A DNA stretch of 64,000 nt, taken from Trueperaceae bacterium (lineage in GTDB: Bacteria; Deinococcota; Deinococci; Deinococcales; Trueperaceae). Position 1 is the first letter of the stretch. Every line of letters starts with the position of its first letter. The position numbers and the translations under genes were made by a program. A model generated the notes under the pieces. That model saw only the letters and a program-made list of their open reading frames with translations. It ran no database searches and was not told the DNA's origin. Location: positions 3,424,001 to 3,488,000 of the forward strand of contig CBDCDZ010000004.1 in the NCBI GenBank assembly GCA_965215565.1, given 5' to 3'. Of this stretch, positions 20,556 to 30,020 are shown piece after piece.

Positions 20556-21851
20556 CTACTCCGCTTCCAGCAGATTCATTACATAGTCTCGCGAAATTTT
20601 GTCTAACAGTCCCATTGCTCTTACGCGCTCTATTAGTTCGTCTTCTGTACCGCTGATAAGTGCTTCAATAAAGTAGTCAAACCCCGGCATCATCTTACGT
20701 CTTCCATTAAGAATGCTGGCTACTCGGTGAAATTTTGGATTGCCTCCGCGCTCTAAGATAGGGCAAGCCGCAATCAAAAATACTACTTCATGCCAAAGGT
20801 TCCTGATGTCAAAGAAAAAGTCGCTCAGAGTAAGCAAACTGTAAAGAACACTTTCTCGGTCCTGATACTTTACTGCAAGCTCAAGTGAAGAGAAGAAGAA
20901 TTTAAGAGCATGTTTGTAGTTTCGTTTCCGCCAATAAACATGACCAATATTCCTAGTTACTATAGTAACACCTATATAGTCGTCTATCTTCTCAAAGATG
21001 GCTGAAGCTTCAGAGTAACAGCGCAGTGCTTCTTCGGTATTTCCCAAAGCTAGGTAAGCATTTCCAAGATAATCAAGCTGCGCCGCCGCCTCTTCTGCTT
21101 TGCCAATTCTTCGAGCTACTGCCAAGGCTGCACAATGACGCCTTCGTGCCTTATTAGGTTCATTCATTTTAAGGGCTACTCCTCCCATCTCTCTAAGAGC
21201 CCGTAGCTTCAATGAAATTTCACCTGTTTTGCGAGCAATACCAAAACTTTTCGTGAAGTGTTCTAGCGCTTTTTCATGATTGCCCAGTTCCCGTTCTATC
21301 TCTCCAATGTCATGGAGCAACGCGCTTTGCGTATCTCGATTCCCCAATTCCTCAGCGATAACTAGAGCTTCTTCGCGAAGCTGCTTTGAAGCCCTATCCC
21401 CAAAAATATTAGCGACAATGCCAGCAAAACTACCGAGTGCTTGTAGCTCATCTTCGCGATAACCGAAGGCTCTAGCAATGAATAGAGATATAGCAGCAAG
21501 CTCATACGCTTTATACCGTTTGTCCATTTCATATCTACCTAGCTGATATAAAGCAATAGCTTGATTGCCTATAGCTTTGCCTTCTCCACGTTTGTCGCCA
21601 AATTTTCGAGCAATTTCAGCCGATCGTTCATGACACTCAAGAGCTTTCGCGTATTCCTTAGTATGTAAATAGCTATTTCCAAGATTAAGTAGAATGACAC
21701 GTTCCAAATCGCAATAGTCATGCTTATTGACTAACCTTAAAGCTTCCTCGTGATATTCTACAGCTCTTTCAGAAAAATTGAGTTTTTGACCAATATTTCC
21801 TATCTTATCTAGAGTTACAACTTCGATACGATGCTCTGGTTCTCGTATCAA
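20556..21851 (-). CDS. TPR-array C-terminal half of the split STAND protein
   Basis: Many TPR repeats (LLNLGNSY, LHDIGEIE, LDYLGNAY); same frame as 21861-23579, separated only by TAG plus three sense codons. Confidence 0.8.
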   Translation of the reverse strand: MIREPEHRIEVVTLDKIGNIGQKLNFSERAVEYHEEALRLVNKHDYCDLERVILLNLGNSYLHTKEYAKALECHERSAEIARKFGDKRGEGKAIGNQAIALYQLGRYEMDKRYKAYELAAISLFIARAFGYREDELQALGSFAGIVANIFGDRASKQLREEALVIAEELGNRDTQSALLHDIGEIERELGNHEKALEHFTKSFGIARKTGEISLKLRALREMGGVALKMNEPNKARRRHCAALAVARRIGKAEEAAAQLDYLGNAYLALGNTEEALRCYSEASAIFEKIDDYIGVTIVTRNIGHVYWRKRNYKHALKFFFSSLELAVKYQDRESVLYSLLTLSDFFFDIRNLWHEVVFLIAACPILERGGNPKFHRVASILNGRRKMMPGFDYFIEALISGTEDELIERVRAMGLLDKISRDYVMNLLEAE

Positions 21852-21860
21852 ATCGAAAAC

Positions 21861-23579
21861 CTAAAAAGCTAAGTCGAGCGCCGACCAATATTGAGACGTT
21901 CTCATCAGATAAATGTGGACTGCATCTAAAACTGCAATAAAGTCTTTTTGTTTGGGCTGTAGTCCTGGAAGCAAATATACAGCCTGTTCCCAGTAGACCT
22001 TATAAAGTTGTAGGTCAATTCTTCGCGTTTCAGGTTCATGCCCTTCGAGAAGTTCGTGAACGAGTTGCCATGTTTTAGCCTTTAACCCCTCCTCACTACC
22101 CTCTTCTTCAAACTTCTCTTTGGCGTATTCCCAAAGCAGTGCGTGTAAAGAGTACTTCTCCTTAGAGGTGTCGAGGAGTGAGCGCCGCCCCAACTCAGTT
22201 AGCGCACGCTTAACAGGAAACTCTTCTAAACCGCCCATGTAAACGATAGATGCTAAGTTAGAGCCCGAAGGCATCAAAGTACCCATGACCTGAAAAATAC
22301 GTTTCTGCTCCGGTTTTAGATGCTCATAAGAAAGCTCGAAGGACAGGCGCACGCTGCTTTCTGAACTTAATGAACTATCCTCATAGCGTTCGAGATACTC
22401 GAGGCGCTTTTGCCGCAGTTCAACCAGGGCTTTTTCAGGGCTTCCGTCAAAATAGCTGTTGATCTGCACGGCCAATAAGTTAATAGCGAGAGGTAGATAG
22501 CCGAGTAGCGAACAAATCTCATCCACTGCTTCAGTCTCGGAATCTTCAGGGAGTCTCGAGTCGTTGTAGAACTGCTTCCTGGCTGCATCTGGCGAAAGTT
22601 TACCTACTTGGATACTATGCACTAATTCGTGACTCACCGCTGCCCTGCTTGTAAGGAGTAACTGTGCAGGACGGACAGCTTCAATAAAGCCGCGAATGAG
22701 TTCGGGGGCTTCGAGATTGTCAATAACGAGCAGCCGCTCATCTGAGCGAAAAAGCTCTTTGGCTAGCTCGAGAACATCGCCCTCAACGCGACCTTCTATA
22801 AACTTGCTCGCCGCTTTTTCGGCAAGCAACTGGATTTGCTGCCCGACGGATTCGCCTCCATGTATTCCCGATAGGTCTCTCGCGTTTACTATAGTTGCGC
22901 CAAGTATCATTTCTTCAGAAGCTGTAACGTGTTGAGCAAGCGTGCTTTTACCTACACCGGGAAGACCGAAGAGTTGGACACGTTGCCGCTCCTGCAGGGC
23001 TTTTCTAATCTTAGCTTCAAGTTCGTCACGCCCCACGACTTCAGCTATAGGAGCATCAACTTTCGGTACGCGAATTTTGCGCCCTAAATCTCTTCCAGTA
23101 AAGAATCGCGTCGCGATAGCTTTCAGCGTATCGTCTGCAGAGGGATTGTCTAACTCTAAAAGTATCTCCCTACCATAGTGCCAGTGAATTGAGATTCCGG
23201 CACTGTTAGCTATGCCTTCAATCTTGTCTCGGGCTGAGGTTTGTTGTACAGCATCCTTATTGATGTAGAAGTCGATGCGTGCAAGCTCGGTATAAGCATC
23301 CTGCTCCTTCTTCTTGACTGCTTTTTCTACTGAATCCTTGCACTGTGACCAATCAATGCCATTATCAAAATGCTTTGCTTGGTAAGAAGCGAAAACCTTT
23401 TCACCCTCTACTTCGACTTCAATAGGTTCAATCTCGACGCCCGGTTGATTTTTGTGCTCCTTGATCTTCCATGCTGAAATGTTGTGGCGATGCAAGAATA
23501 GATAATGAGATAGATTTTGAAACTCAGCCGTTTCCTTACCTGCGTTGATGTAGTCAAAGCCTCTCCATGTGATGGACAC
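21861..23579 (-). CDS. Mrr/Avs4-like nuclease domain plus NB-ARC STAND NTPase (N-terminal half)
   Basis: KNQPGVEIEPI...YQAKHF nuclease-like motif; Walker A GLPGVGKS, Walker B LLVIDNLE, LLLTSR, GYLPLAI, LHALL. Confidence 0.85.
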   Translation of the reverse strand: MSITWRGFDYINAGKETAEFQNLSHYLFLHRHNISAWKIKEHKNQPGVEIEPIEVEVEGEKVFASYQAKHFDNGIDWSQCKDSVEKAVKKKEQDAYTELARIDFYINKDAVQQTSARDKIEGIANSAGISIHWHYGREILLELDNPSADDTLKAIATRFFTGRDLGRKIRVPKVDAPIAEVVGRDELEAKIRKALQERQRVQLFGLPGVGKSTLAQHVTASEEMILGATIVNARDLSGIHGGESVGQQIQLLAEKAASKFIEGRVEGDVLELAKELFRSDERLLVIDNLEAPELIRGFIEAVRPAQLLLTSRAAVSHELVHSIQVGKLSPDAARKQFYNDSRLPEDSETEAVDEICSLLGYLPLAINLLAVQINSYFDGSPEKALVELRQKRLEYLERYEDSSLSSESSVRLSFELSYEHLKPEQKRIFQVMGTLMPSGSNLASIVYMGGLEEFPVKRALTELGRRSLLDTSKEKYSLHALLWEYAKEKFEEEGSEEGLKAKTWQLVHELLEGHEPETRRIDLQLYKVYWEQAVYLLPGLQPKQKDFIAVLDAVHIYLMRTSQYWSALDLAF

Positions 23580-23659
23580 AGCTCATTCTACCGACAGTTA
23601 CAGAATTTTGAGAAATTTGAAATAAAGAGCTTTGGTGGGCTCACTCGAGAACTAAAACA

Positions 23660-24001
23660 CTACATCTCGAGCTGAAACCGTACAGCATCTAAAATAGCTC
23701 GTTTTAGCTTAGCGTCGGTTAGCTCGCCGAACTCTCTACCCAACCTCGTTTTATCAAGCGTGCGAAGCTGGTAACAGAGTGCCACAGAGTCAACTTTGAG
23801 ACCGGCAGTTTCAGCCCTCAGCAGCACTTCATTCGGGTACATCCGCCTACCTTTGTAAGAGGTTAAGGGAATGATGTTGACGACACGCAGAACCTGGTTG
23901 CTCTGCTCGCGGCTAACGACTAACACGGGGCGAACACCGGCTTGCTCAGAACCTTGAGTGGGGTCAAGTGAGGCGAGGAAGACGTGCCACTGGTAAATCA
24001 C
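23660..24001 (-). CDS. mazF: PemK/MazF-family toxin
   Basis: LDPTQGSEQAGVRPVLVVS, IIPLTS, DSVALCYQLRTLDKTRL. Confidence 0.92.
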   Translation of the reverse strand: MIYQWHVFLASLDPTQGSEQAGVRPVLVVSREQSNQVLRVVNIIPLTSYKGRRMYPNEVLLRAETAGLKVDSVALCYQLRTLDKTRLGREFGELTDAKLKRAILDAVRFQLEM

Positions 24002-24234
24002 TCAGTTGGCTCCCACCATTCCGCGTCAACGTGCTCAAAATCCTTCATCGTCTGGTTTAAGTCAGCTAGGAAAGCCTCATCGTTCGCCGCTTCTTGCAAG
24101 AGGGCTAGCTTATCCTCTTCGCTCTGCTCGGGCTCGAGAATACTCCGAACACGGGCGTAATCTTCTAAAGACAGGATAACTGCGACGGGCTTGCCTGCTT
24201 CGTCCGTGATGAACTGTCGCTTTTGTGTCGTCAT
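23998..24234 (-). CDS. Putative antitoxin of the MazF-type toxin
   Basis: Small acidic ORF (FITDEAGKPVAVILSLEDY) overlapping the toxin start by 4 nt. Confidence 0.75.
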   Translation of the reverse strand: MTTQKRQFITDEAGKPVAVILSLEDYARVRSILEPEQSEEDKLALLQEAANDEAFLADLNQTMKDFEHVDAEWWEPTE

Positions 24235-24316
24235 AAGGTTAGTCTAGCAGGTCTAGTAGGGCATGATATTCGAGAGGTCTCGAGCCTCCTCCACAAAGCA
24301 AATGCTAAACTATTTC

Positions 24317-24669
24317 ATGCGTACGCTCAAGGCTGTCATAGATGAACATGGTCATATCGAACTGCTCGAGCCTATTATAGCGATTATCAGAAATACTGAT
24401 CCAAAATGGCGCAGGCATCATCACTGAAAGTGCGTGCTAGACTATGTTTTACCTTCTTAGATTGGCTCAAACCAGATGATGCCTGCTATACTTTAGACGC
24501 AAAAAAGCAGGTTCTGGTGACGATACTCGAGGAAGATGCCCACCCTCAAGCGTCGCCACCCACTAGGAGTAACAGATTTCTTTCAGGATTCTTGATCGTC
24601 TTAGCAATCGGATTTTCGCTCCTGATGGTCAATATAGCGCTTGTGTTCCGAGCCTTTACACCAGGCTAA
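24317..24669 (+). pseudogene. Small gene interrupted by a MITE (reconstructed MRTLKAVIDEHGHIELLEPITLDAKKQVLVTILEED...TM helix)
   Basis: Removing 24378-24490 (111-bp element plus one TA) restores a continuous ORF; TAAACT-N5-ATG start. Confidence 0.75.
24378..24488 (-). mobile_element. MITE family A, full copy with TA duplication
   Basis: TA|TAGCGATTATCA...TGATGCCTGCTA|TA, 111 bp. Confidence 0.85.
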
Positions 24670-24676
24670 AGACGAC

Positions 24677-26611
24677 TCAGCGCACCTCTGCCCCGCTCGA
24701 GACTTCTCTATCCAACGCCAAAACGCTCAAAGTGTCTGCGTCTTCCGCTGCCAAGATCATCCCCTGCGACAGAACACCGCGCAGTTTGACAGGTTTGAGG
24801 TTGGCGACGATCACGACTTTTTTCCCCACCAACTCGTCCGGCTTATAAAACTGCTTGATGCCCGAGACGATGGTGCGCTCCTCGGGTCCGAGCTTGACGG
24901 ACAAGACCAAGAGCTTATCCGCTTTCGGGTGCGGCTCCACCTTCGTGACTTCGGCGACGCGAAACTCGAGCTTGCCGAAGTCCTCGATCGTCACCTCGGG
25001 TTTGTGCTCCAAGGTCTCCTCTTTGTCCTCTAACGATTCTTGCAGCGCCGCCATGTCGATGCGCGGAAAGAGCGGTTGTCCAGGCTTGGTCTGCGTACCC
25101 TCTGGCGTGAGGTTCCACCTCCCAGCGTCTTGCAGCGTCACCTCACCCGTGAGCCCGAGCTGTTCGCGGAGTTCTTTCGACTTCTGGGGGATGATGGGCT
25201 CGAGTAAGATGGACGCGCACCGCAAGGATTCCGCGCAGTTGTACAAAACCGTATCCAAACGCGCCGCGTGCGCTTCGTTTCGCGCCAAAACCCAGGGCTG
25301 CGTGTCGGCGATATATTTGTTTGCCTTGCGTACCGCCTCCAAGACTTTTTCAATGGCCCGCTCGAACTGGAGCGCGTCGAAGAGGTCACTCACCGTTTGG
25401 GGCAAGTCGGCAAAGGCGTCGCGAAGTTCAACGTCGATCGGTTCCAGGTCACTCGGCTTGCCAATTACGCCGTCTCGGTACTTCCCGAGCATCCCCAGCG
25501 TGCGGTTCAAGAGGTTGCCGAGGTCGTTGGCTAAGTCCGAGTTGATGCGCTCTGCGAGTCCCACCTCACTGAAGGTCGCATCTAACCCGAAGCTCATGTC
25601 GCGCAAGAGGTAGTACCTAAAAGCGTCGTTGCCGTACGTGTCCTTGAGGTCCAAGGGACGCACCACGTTCCCCTTAGACTTGCTCATCTTGCCGCCGTCC
25701 ACGAGCCAGTAGCCGTGCACGTTGAGGTGTTGGTACACGGGTAACTCCGCCGCTTTGAGCATGGTGGGCCAGAAGACGCCGTGCGGTTTCAGGATGTCTT
25801 TGGCGATGAAGTGTTGGGCGTGCGGCCAGTACCGCTCTGTCAGGTCTTGGCTCTCCAAGGCCGAAAAGTAGTTGATGAGCGCGTCGAACCAGACGTACGT
25901 GACGTGGTTCTCGTCCCAGGGTAAGGGGATGCCCCACGGCACGCGGGCGCGGGGGCGGCTGATCGAGAGGTCGCCGATGGGCTCGCGTAAAATCCCTAAG
26001 ACCTCATTGCGGTAGCGCTCCGGGCGGATGAAGTCGGGGTTGTCTTCGATGGTTTCGCGGAGCCAGGGGCGATACTTCTCCATGCGGAAGAAGTAGTTCT
26101 CTTCGCTGCGGTACTCGAGCTTGATATCGTGCTGCGGGCACCTGCCGTTTGTAAGTTCTTTCTCCGTGTAGTAGCGCTCGCAGCCCGTGCAGTAAAGTCC
26201 GCCGTATTCGCCGAAGATGATGTCGCCCTTGTCGTACACGCGCTGCAAAATTTCACGGACGACTTTTTGGTGGCGCTCCTCGGTGGTGCGGATGAATTCG
26301 TCGTAGTGGATGTCCAAGCTATCCCAAACCGCGCGGAATTGACCTGCGATCTGGTCCGTGTACGCCTGCGGCGAGAGGTTGGCGGTCTCAGCGGCTTTCT
26401 GAATCTTCTCGCCGTGCTCGTCGGTGCCCGTCAGGAAGTAGGTGTCGTCCCCTTTGAGGCGATGAAAGCGCGTCACCACGTCCACGAGTGTGGTGGTGTA
26501 GGCGTGCCCGATGTGGGGTTCCGCGTTGACGTAGAAGATGGGGGTGGTAGCGTAGTAGGTGGTTTTCGTAGGCGTATCAGTGGCGCCTTTCTTCTCTTCT
26601 GCGGTGTCCAT
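24677..26611 (-). CDS. metG: Methionine--tRNA ligase with C-terminal tRNA-binding domain
   Basis: PHIGH, TGTDEHG, YVWFDAL, KMSKS, HPKADKL..GVLSQGM; SD GGAGGT before ATG 26611. Confidence 0.97.
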   Translation of the reverse strand: MDTAEEKKGATDTPTKTTYYATTPIFYVNAEPHIGHAYTTTLVDVVTRFHRLKGDDTYFLTGTDEHGEKIQKAAETANLSPQAYTDQIAGQFRAVWDSLDIHYDEFIRTTEERHQKVVREILQRVYDKGDIIFGEYGGLYCTGCERYYTEKELTNGRCPQHDIKLEYRSEENYFFRMEKYRPWLRETIEDNPDFIRPERYRNEVLGILREPIGDLSISRPRARVPWGIPLPWDENHVTYVWFDALINYFSALESQDLTERYWPHAQHFIAKDILKPHGVFWPTMLKAAELPVYQHLNVHGYWLVDGGKMSKSKGNVVRPLDLKDTYGNDAFRYYLLRDMSFGLDATFSEVGLAERINSDLANDLGNLLNRTLGMLGKYRDGVIGKPSDLEPIDVELRDAFADLPQTVSDLFDALQFERAIEKVLEAVRKANKYIADTQPWVLARNEAHAARLDTVLYNCAESLRCASILLEPIIPQKSKELREQLGLTGEVTLQDAGRWNLTPEGTQTKPGQPLFPRIDMAALQESLEDKEETLEHKPEVTIEDFGKLEFRVAEVTKVEPHPKADKLLVLSVKLGPEERTIVSGIKQFYKPDELVGKKVVIVANLKPVKLRGVLSQGMILAAEDADTLSVLALDREVSSGAEVR

Positions 26612-26648
26612 GTTGACCTCCATATGTGGAACATAAAATTTAGAACAT

Positions 26649-26678
26649 AAAAAAAGGACGCTCTTCGCAAAGCGCCCT
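26649..26678 (-). terminator. Intrinsic terminator (attenuator) in the metG leader
   Basis: AGGGCGCTTT-GCGA-AGAGCGTCCT followed by a U tract. Confidence 0.85.
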
Positions 26679-26697
26679 GTGACGGTTAAGTGTGGAC

Positions 26698-26739
26698 TTA
26701 TCCGTGACCAGGGTGAAGTTGCATCATTCGCCAGTTCAT
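26698..26739 (-). CDS. metG leader peptide MNWRMMQLHPGHG (leaderless)
   Basis: TG-n-TATACT 7 nt before the ATG; tandem Met codons; lies directly before antiterminator/terminator. Confidence 0.75.
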   Translation of the reverse strand: MNWRMMQLHPGHG

Positions 26740-26985
26740 AGAGGTGAGTATAGCAGAAAAAGAGGTCGGGCGCGTTTTCTCGTAGTCGGCTGAGTTTTAG
26801 TGAGACTGAGGGATGAAGCGGCGGCTTCAAACTTTCCGACTTGGGGTCTAAGTTCTACTTGACGCGCGGTCTTGTCCTCGAGTCGGAGGATGTCTCAGCA
26901 ATATAGTTTTCTCACACGGTTTGTGAAGCGAGCCGTCGTGTAGGGTAGCCTCGAGAAAGGAACTACACAATTAGGGGGGATAGCT

Positions 26986-28590
26986 ATGGACCAACCGCAG
27001 TTTGATTTAGCTACGATTGATATCGTTATCATCGTGCTCTACTTCGTGGGCGTCATCGCGCACGGCGTCTACATGAGCCGCAAGGGAAACGAGGACGCCG
27101 AGGGGTACTTTTTAGCGGGGCGCGGGTTGCCCTGGTACCTCATCGGCTTCTCGCTCTTCGCCTCGAACATGTCGGGCTCGTCGTTCGTCGGGCTAATGGG
27201 CGGGGCGTACGACAACGGGCTCGTCATCTTCAACTACGAGTGGACCGCCGCGTTGGTCCTCATCTTCTTCGCCTTCTTTATGCTGCCCTACTTTTTGCGG
27301 GCGAACCTCTTTACGATTCCCGAATACTTGGAGACCCGCTTCGACAAGCGCTCGCGCTACGCCTACTCCGCCTTTACGGTTTTGGCGATCATGTTTATCG
27401 ATACGGCGGGGGCGCTCTACGCGGGCGGGTTGGTTATCACCACCGTCTTCTCAAACTTCGCGCTGTGGCAGGCAGTGGCAGTTTTAGCCTTCGTCGCGGG
27501 CATCTATACGATTTTGGGCGGGCTTTCCGCCGTCGTCGTGACCGACACGGTACAAGCGATTTTGCTCATCGTGGGTGCGACGGCGATCTTTATCATCGGC
27601 TTAAACCAGGTGGGTGGTTGGGGTGAAATGACGAGCCAGCTCGCGCCCGGTCAGCTCAGCCTTATCAGACCTGTAGGTGACGACTTTCTGCCTTGGCCTG
27701 GTATCTTGGGCGTGATCTTGCTCGGCTTTTACTACTGGACCTTAAATCAGTTTATCGTGCAGCGCACTTTGGGGGCAAGCAACTTAGATGAGGGACGCAA
27801 AGGGGCGCTCTTCGCCGGGCTCTTAAAACTCCCCAACCTCTTCATCATGATATTACCGGGCGTCATGGCGCTCCTCTTATACCCTGAGCTGTCCAACCCT
27901 GACTTGGTTTTCCCGACGCTCGCGTTTGACCTCTTGCCTATCGGTCTGCGCGGGCTCGTGATGTCGGCGCTCATCGCCGCGATTATGTCGAGCTTGGACT
28001 CCGCGCTGAACGCTGCCTCGTCGCTTATCACCTTGGACTTCATCAAAGAACTCCGCCCTGACACCTCGCAGAGTACGCTCGTGCGGCTCGGGCGCATCAT
28101 CACGGGCGTCGTCATGGTCATCGGCGCAATCTACGCACCCGCGATTGCCAGCTTCGAGACGCTCTTTGAGTACTTTCAGTCGGTGCTCTCTTACATCATA
28201 CCGGCCATCGTCGCTGTCTACATCATCGGGCTTTTTTGGAAGCGCATCAACGCGAACGGCGCGTTCTGGACGATCCTTTCGGGTCTCGTCGTCGGCATTC
28301 CCCTCTTTATCATGAAAGAGGTCACGAATGTCTGGACAAATATCGGTCTGCCGAACATCCACTTTACCTACATGGCGGTCCTGATGTTCATCTTCGCTTT
28401 CGTCCTGATGACGGTCATCAGCTACGCCACCGAAGCACCCGACCCCGAAAAGATTCGCGAGTACACCTTTACGCGGGAGAACTACCGGGAGGACATCAAG
28501 GGTCAGGGCGTGCCCTGGTACCGCGACTTTCGCTACCAGTCCGCGGCGCTCTTCGTGCTGATGGCGGCGACGGTGGTGTACTTCTGGTAG
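26986..28590 (+). CDS. Sodium:solute symporter (SSS/SLC5)
   Basis: YFLAGR, SLFASN, TIPEYLETRF, VVVTDTVQ, AAIMSSLDSALN. Confidence 0.95.
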   Translation: MDQPQFDLATIDIVIIVLYFVGVIAHGVYMSRKGNEDAEGYFLAGRGLPWYLIGFSLFASNMSGSSFVGLMGGAYDNGLVIFNYEWTAALVLIFFAFFMLPYFLRANLFTIPEYLETRFDKRSRYAYSAFTVLAIMFIDTAGALYAGGLVITTVFSNFALWQAVAVLAFVAGIYTILGGLSAVVVTDTVQAILLIVGATAIFIIGLNQVGGWGEMTSQLAPGQLSLIRPVGDDFLPWPGILGVILLGFYYWTLNQFIVQRTLGASNLDEGRKGALFAGLLKLPNLFIMILPGVMALLLYPELSNPDLVFPTLAFDLLPIGLRGLVMSALIAAIMSSLDSALNAASSLITLDFIKELRPDTSQSTLVRLGRIITGVVMVIGAIYAPAIASFETLFEYFQSVLSYIIPAIVAVYIIGLFWKRINANGAFWTILSGLVVGIPLFIMKEVTNVWTNIGLPNIHFTYMAVLMFIFAFVLMTVISYATEAPDPEKIREYTFTRENYREDIKGQGVPWYRDFRYQSAALFVLMAATVVYFW

Positions 28591-28619
28591 CAGGCGACGG
28601 TGGTGTACTTCTGGTAGCA
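28566..28619 (+). repeat. Perfect 27-bp tandem duplication spanning the symporter stop codon
   Basis: ggcgacggtggtgtacttctggtagca x2. Confidence 0.9.
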
Positions 28620-28692
28620 GGTATCATCTGGTTTGAGACACGCTCACCGTAGGAAACGATGTCTAACACGCACATTATGAGATGATACCCTT
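28615..28692 (+). mobile_element. MITE family A, truncated copy
   Basis: TAGCAGGTATCATCTGG...GATGATACCC. Confidence 0.8.
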
Positions 28693-29283
28693 CGGGCAGG
28701 ACCATAAGGTTGTGGACATTAGTCCGAAAGTCAGTACCGCAGCAAAAGAGGACGCAAGAAGAGTGATGAGGTAGACGCTGAAAACGTAGCTCGGGCTGCT
28801 TTGGCTGAGCTGACTAAGGCAAAACATCTCGCTAGCTAAACCTTACAGCGCACAAGCTGAGCTTAGCGAGCCTTCTAGAGGTGGCTCGCCAAGTCGAAGC
28901 CATTGCAGTGCTTAAAGAACAACTCAAGACGCTCGAGCAGGCGATATCGTTCTTGCCTGAACTCGGCTTTCACGCCGCCACGCTACTTGCTGAAGCAGGT
29001 GACATCCGCGCTTTCGTTCACAACACGCCTTTGCCATGTATTCAGGTTGTGCGCCTGTCGAGCGCTCTTCTGGTGGTCAGAAGAGAAGGCAACTCAACAT
29101 CGGCGGCAACCGTCGGCTCAACCGCACCTTTCACATGATTGCCCAAGTCAGACTGCGCCACAGCGAACCGACAAGAGCCTATCTCGACAAGAAACAGCAG
29201 CAAGGCAAGACCCGCCGGGCTGCTCTAAGAAGGTCAGCAGCACCCACAGAGGTGGAAGGGGGCTTGACAACTCTATACTAAGT
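28693..29283 (+). pseudogene. IS110-family transposase remnant
   Basis: KKSDEVDAENVARAAL and GGNRRLNRTFHMIAQVRLR..TRAYLDKK..GKTRRAALR fragments in different frames; ends GGGGCTTGACAAC. Confidence 0.8.
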
Positions 29284-29352
29284 TCATCTGGTTTGAGACA
29301 CGCTCACCGTAGGAAACGATGTCTAACACGCACATTATGAGATGATACCCTT
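29284..29352 (+). repeat. MITE family A core, identical 69-bp direct repeat of 28624-28692
   Basis: Base-for-base identity at a 660-bp offset. Confidence 0.9.
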
Positions 29353-29744
29353 GCCGGTTATGAAATTTTTGCGGATGCAAAAGGCAAAACTTCGTCCCTG
29401 CGGGCTTTCAGAAAGCGGCATTTTGTCTCAGTATGTCTTGGAACTGCTTTGGTGAGGACGCGGTAGGCTCGAGGTGAATAGGTAGCTCGAGCCTATCCCT
29501 CTCGTTGCTGATGAGGGTATACCGAGCGCACAAGCGCGATAAGACGCCTGAGCTGTTTTGCAGAGCGCGAAGCAGGGTACCTCTAAGGGTTCGTGCCGAC
29601 TCTTCTAATGTCTTTCGCAGTTTTAGGTGGGTGCATTGATGACTGGATGCCATCCGCTGCCTTCATGAAGATGAGCGTCTGTGGGCTACGTTCATATTTA
29701 TTAAAATGTGATTTGTTACGCTTTTGCAAAAGGAGGCGAGTTTT

Positions 29745-30020
29745 GTGAAAAAACTGATAACACTATTAAGCGCATTTTTACTCGTATTTTCTTTAGCCGC
29801 TTGCGGCCCCGGCGACGGCGGCGCGAGTAACGACAACGACAGCTCGGCAACCGTAGAGTCTGGCAGCGAAGAGGAAGCTGCCAACGAAGTTGCGGGCGAA
29901 GCCGAAGAGGTGCAAAACGAAGCTGAGAACCTAGAAGAGCAAGCCTCGGGTGAAGCCTCGAGCGGCAGTACGGGCGGCGCAACCGGTGGCAGTACGGGCG
30001 GTAGCACGGGCGGCGACTAG
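29745..30020 (+). CDS. Small acidic low-complexity lipoprotein
   Basis: SD AAGGAGG, GTG start, lipobox SLAAC-GP, E/A-rich body, STGG-repeat tail. Confidence 0.8.
   Translation: MKKLITLLSAFLLVFSLAACGPGDGGASNDNDSSATVESGSEEEAANEVAGEAEEVQNEAENLEEQASGEASSGSTGGATGGSTGGSTGGD

Noticed and set aside
21861..21863. Pyrrolysine or genome-wide TAG recoding
   Set aside because: TAG ends many ordinary genes here (tdk, the symporter, the SDR) and no pyl genes are visible
24406..24669. 87-aa ORF as a real gene
   Set aside because: Its N-terminus is MITE sequence; it is the 3' half of the interrupted gene starting at 24317
26612..26830. N-terminal extension of MetG in the ORF track, or a T-box/SAM riboswitch
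   Set aside because: The SD supports a start at 26611; I saw no T-box or S-box consensus; the region is explained by the leader peptide and terminator
28624..29352. Direct repeats as a CRISPR array
   Set aside because: Only two 69-bp copies 660 bp apart, no regular spacers and no cas genes; they are MITE cores
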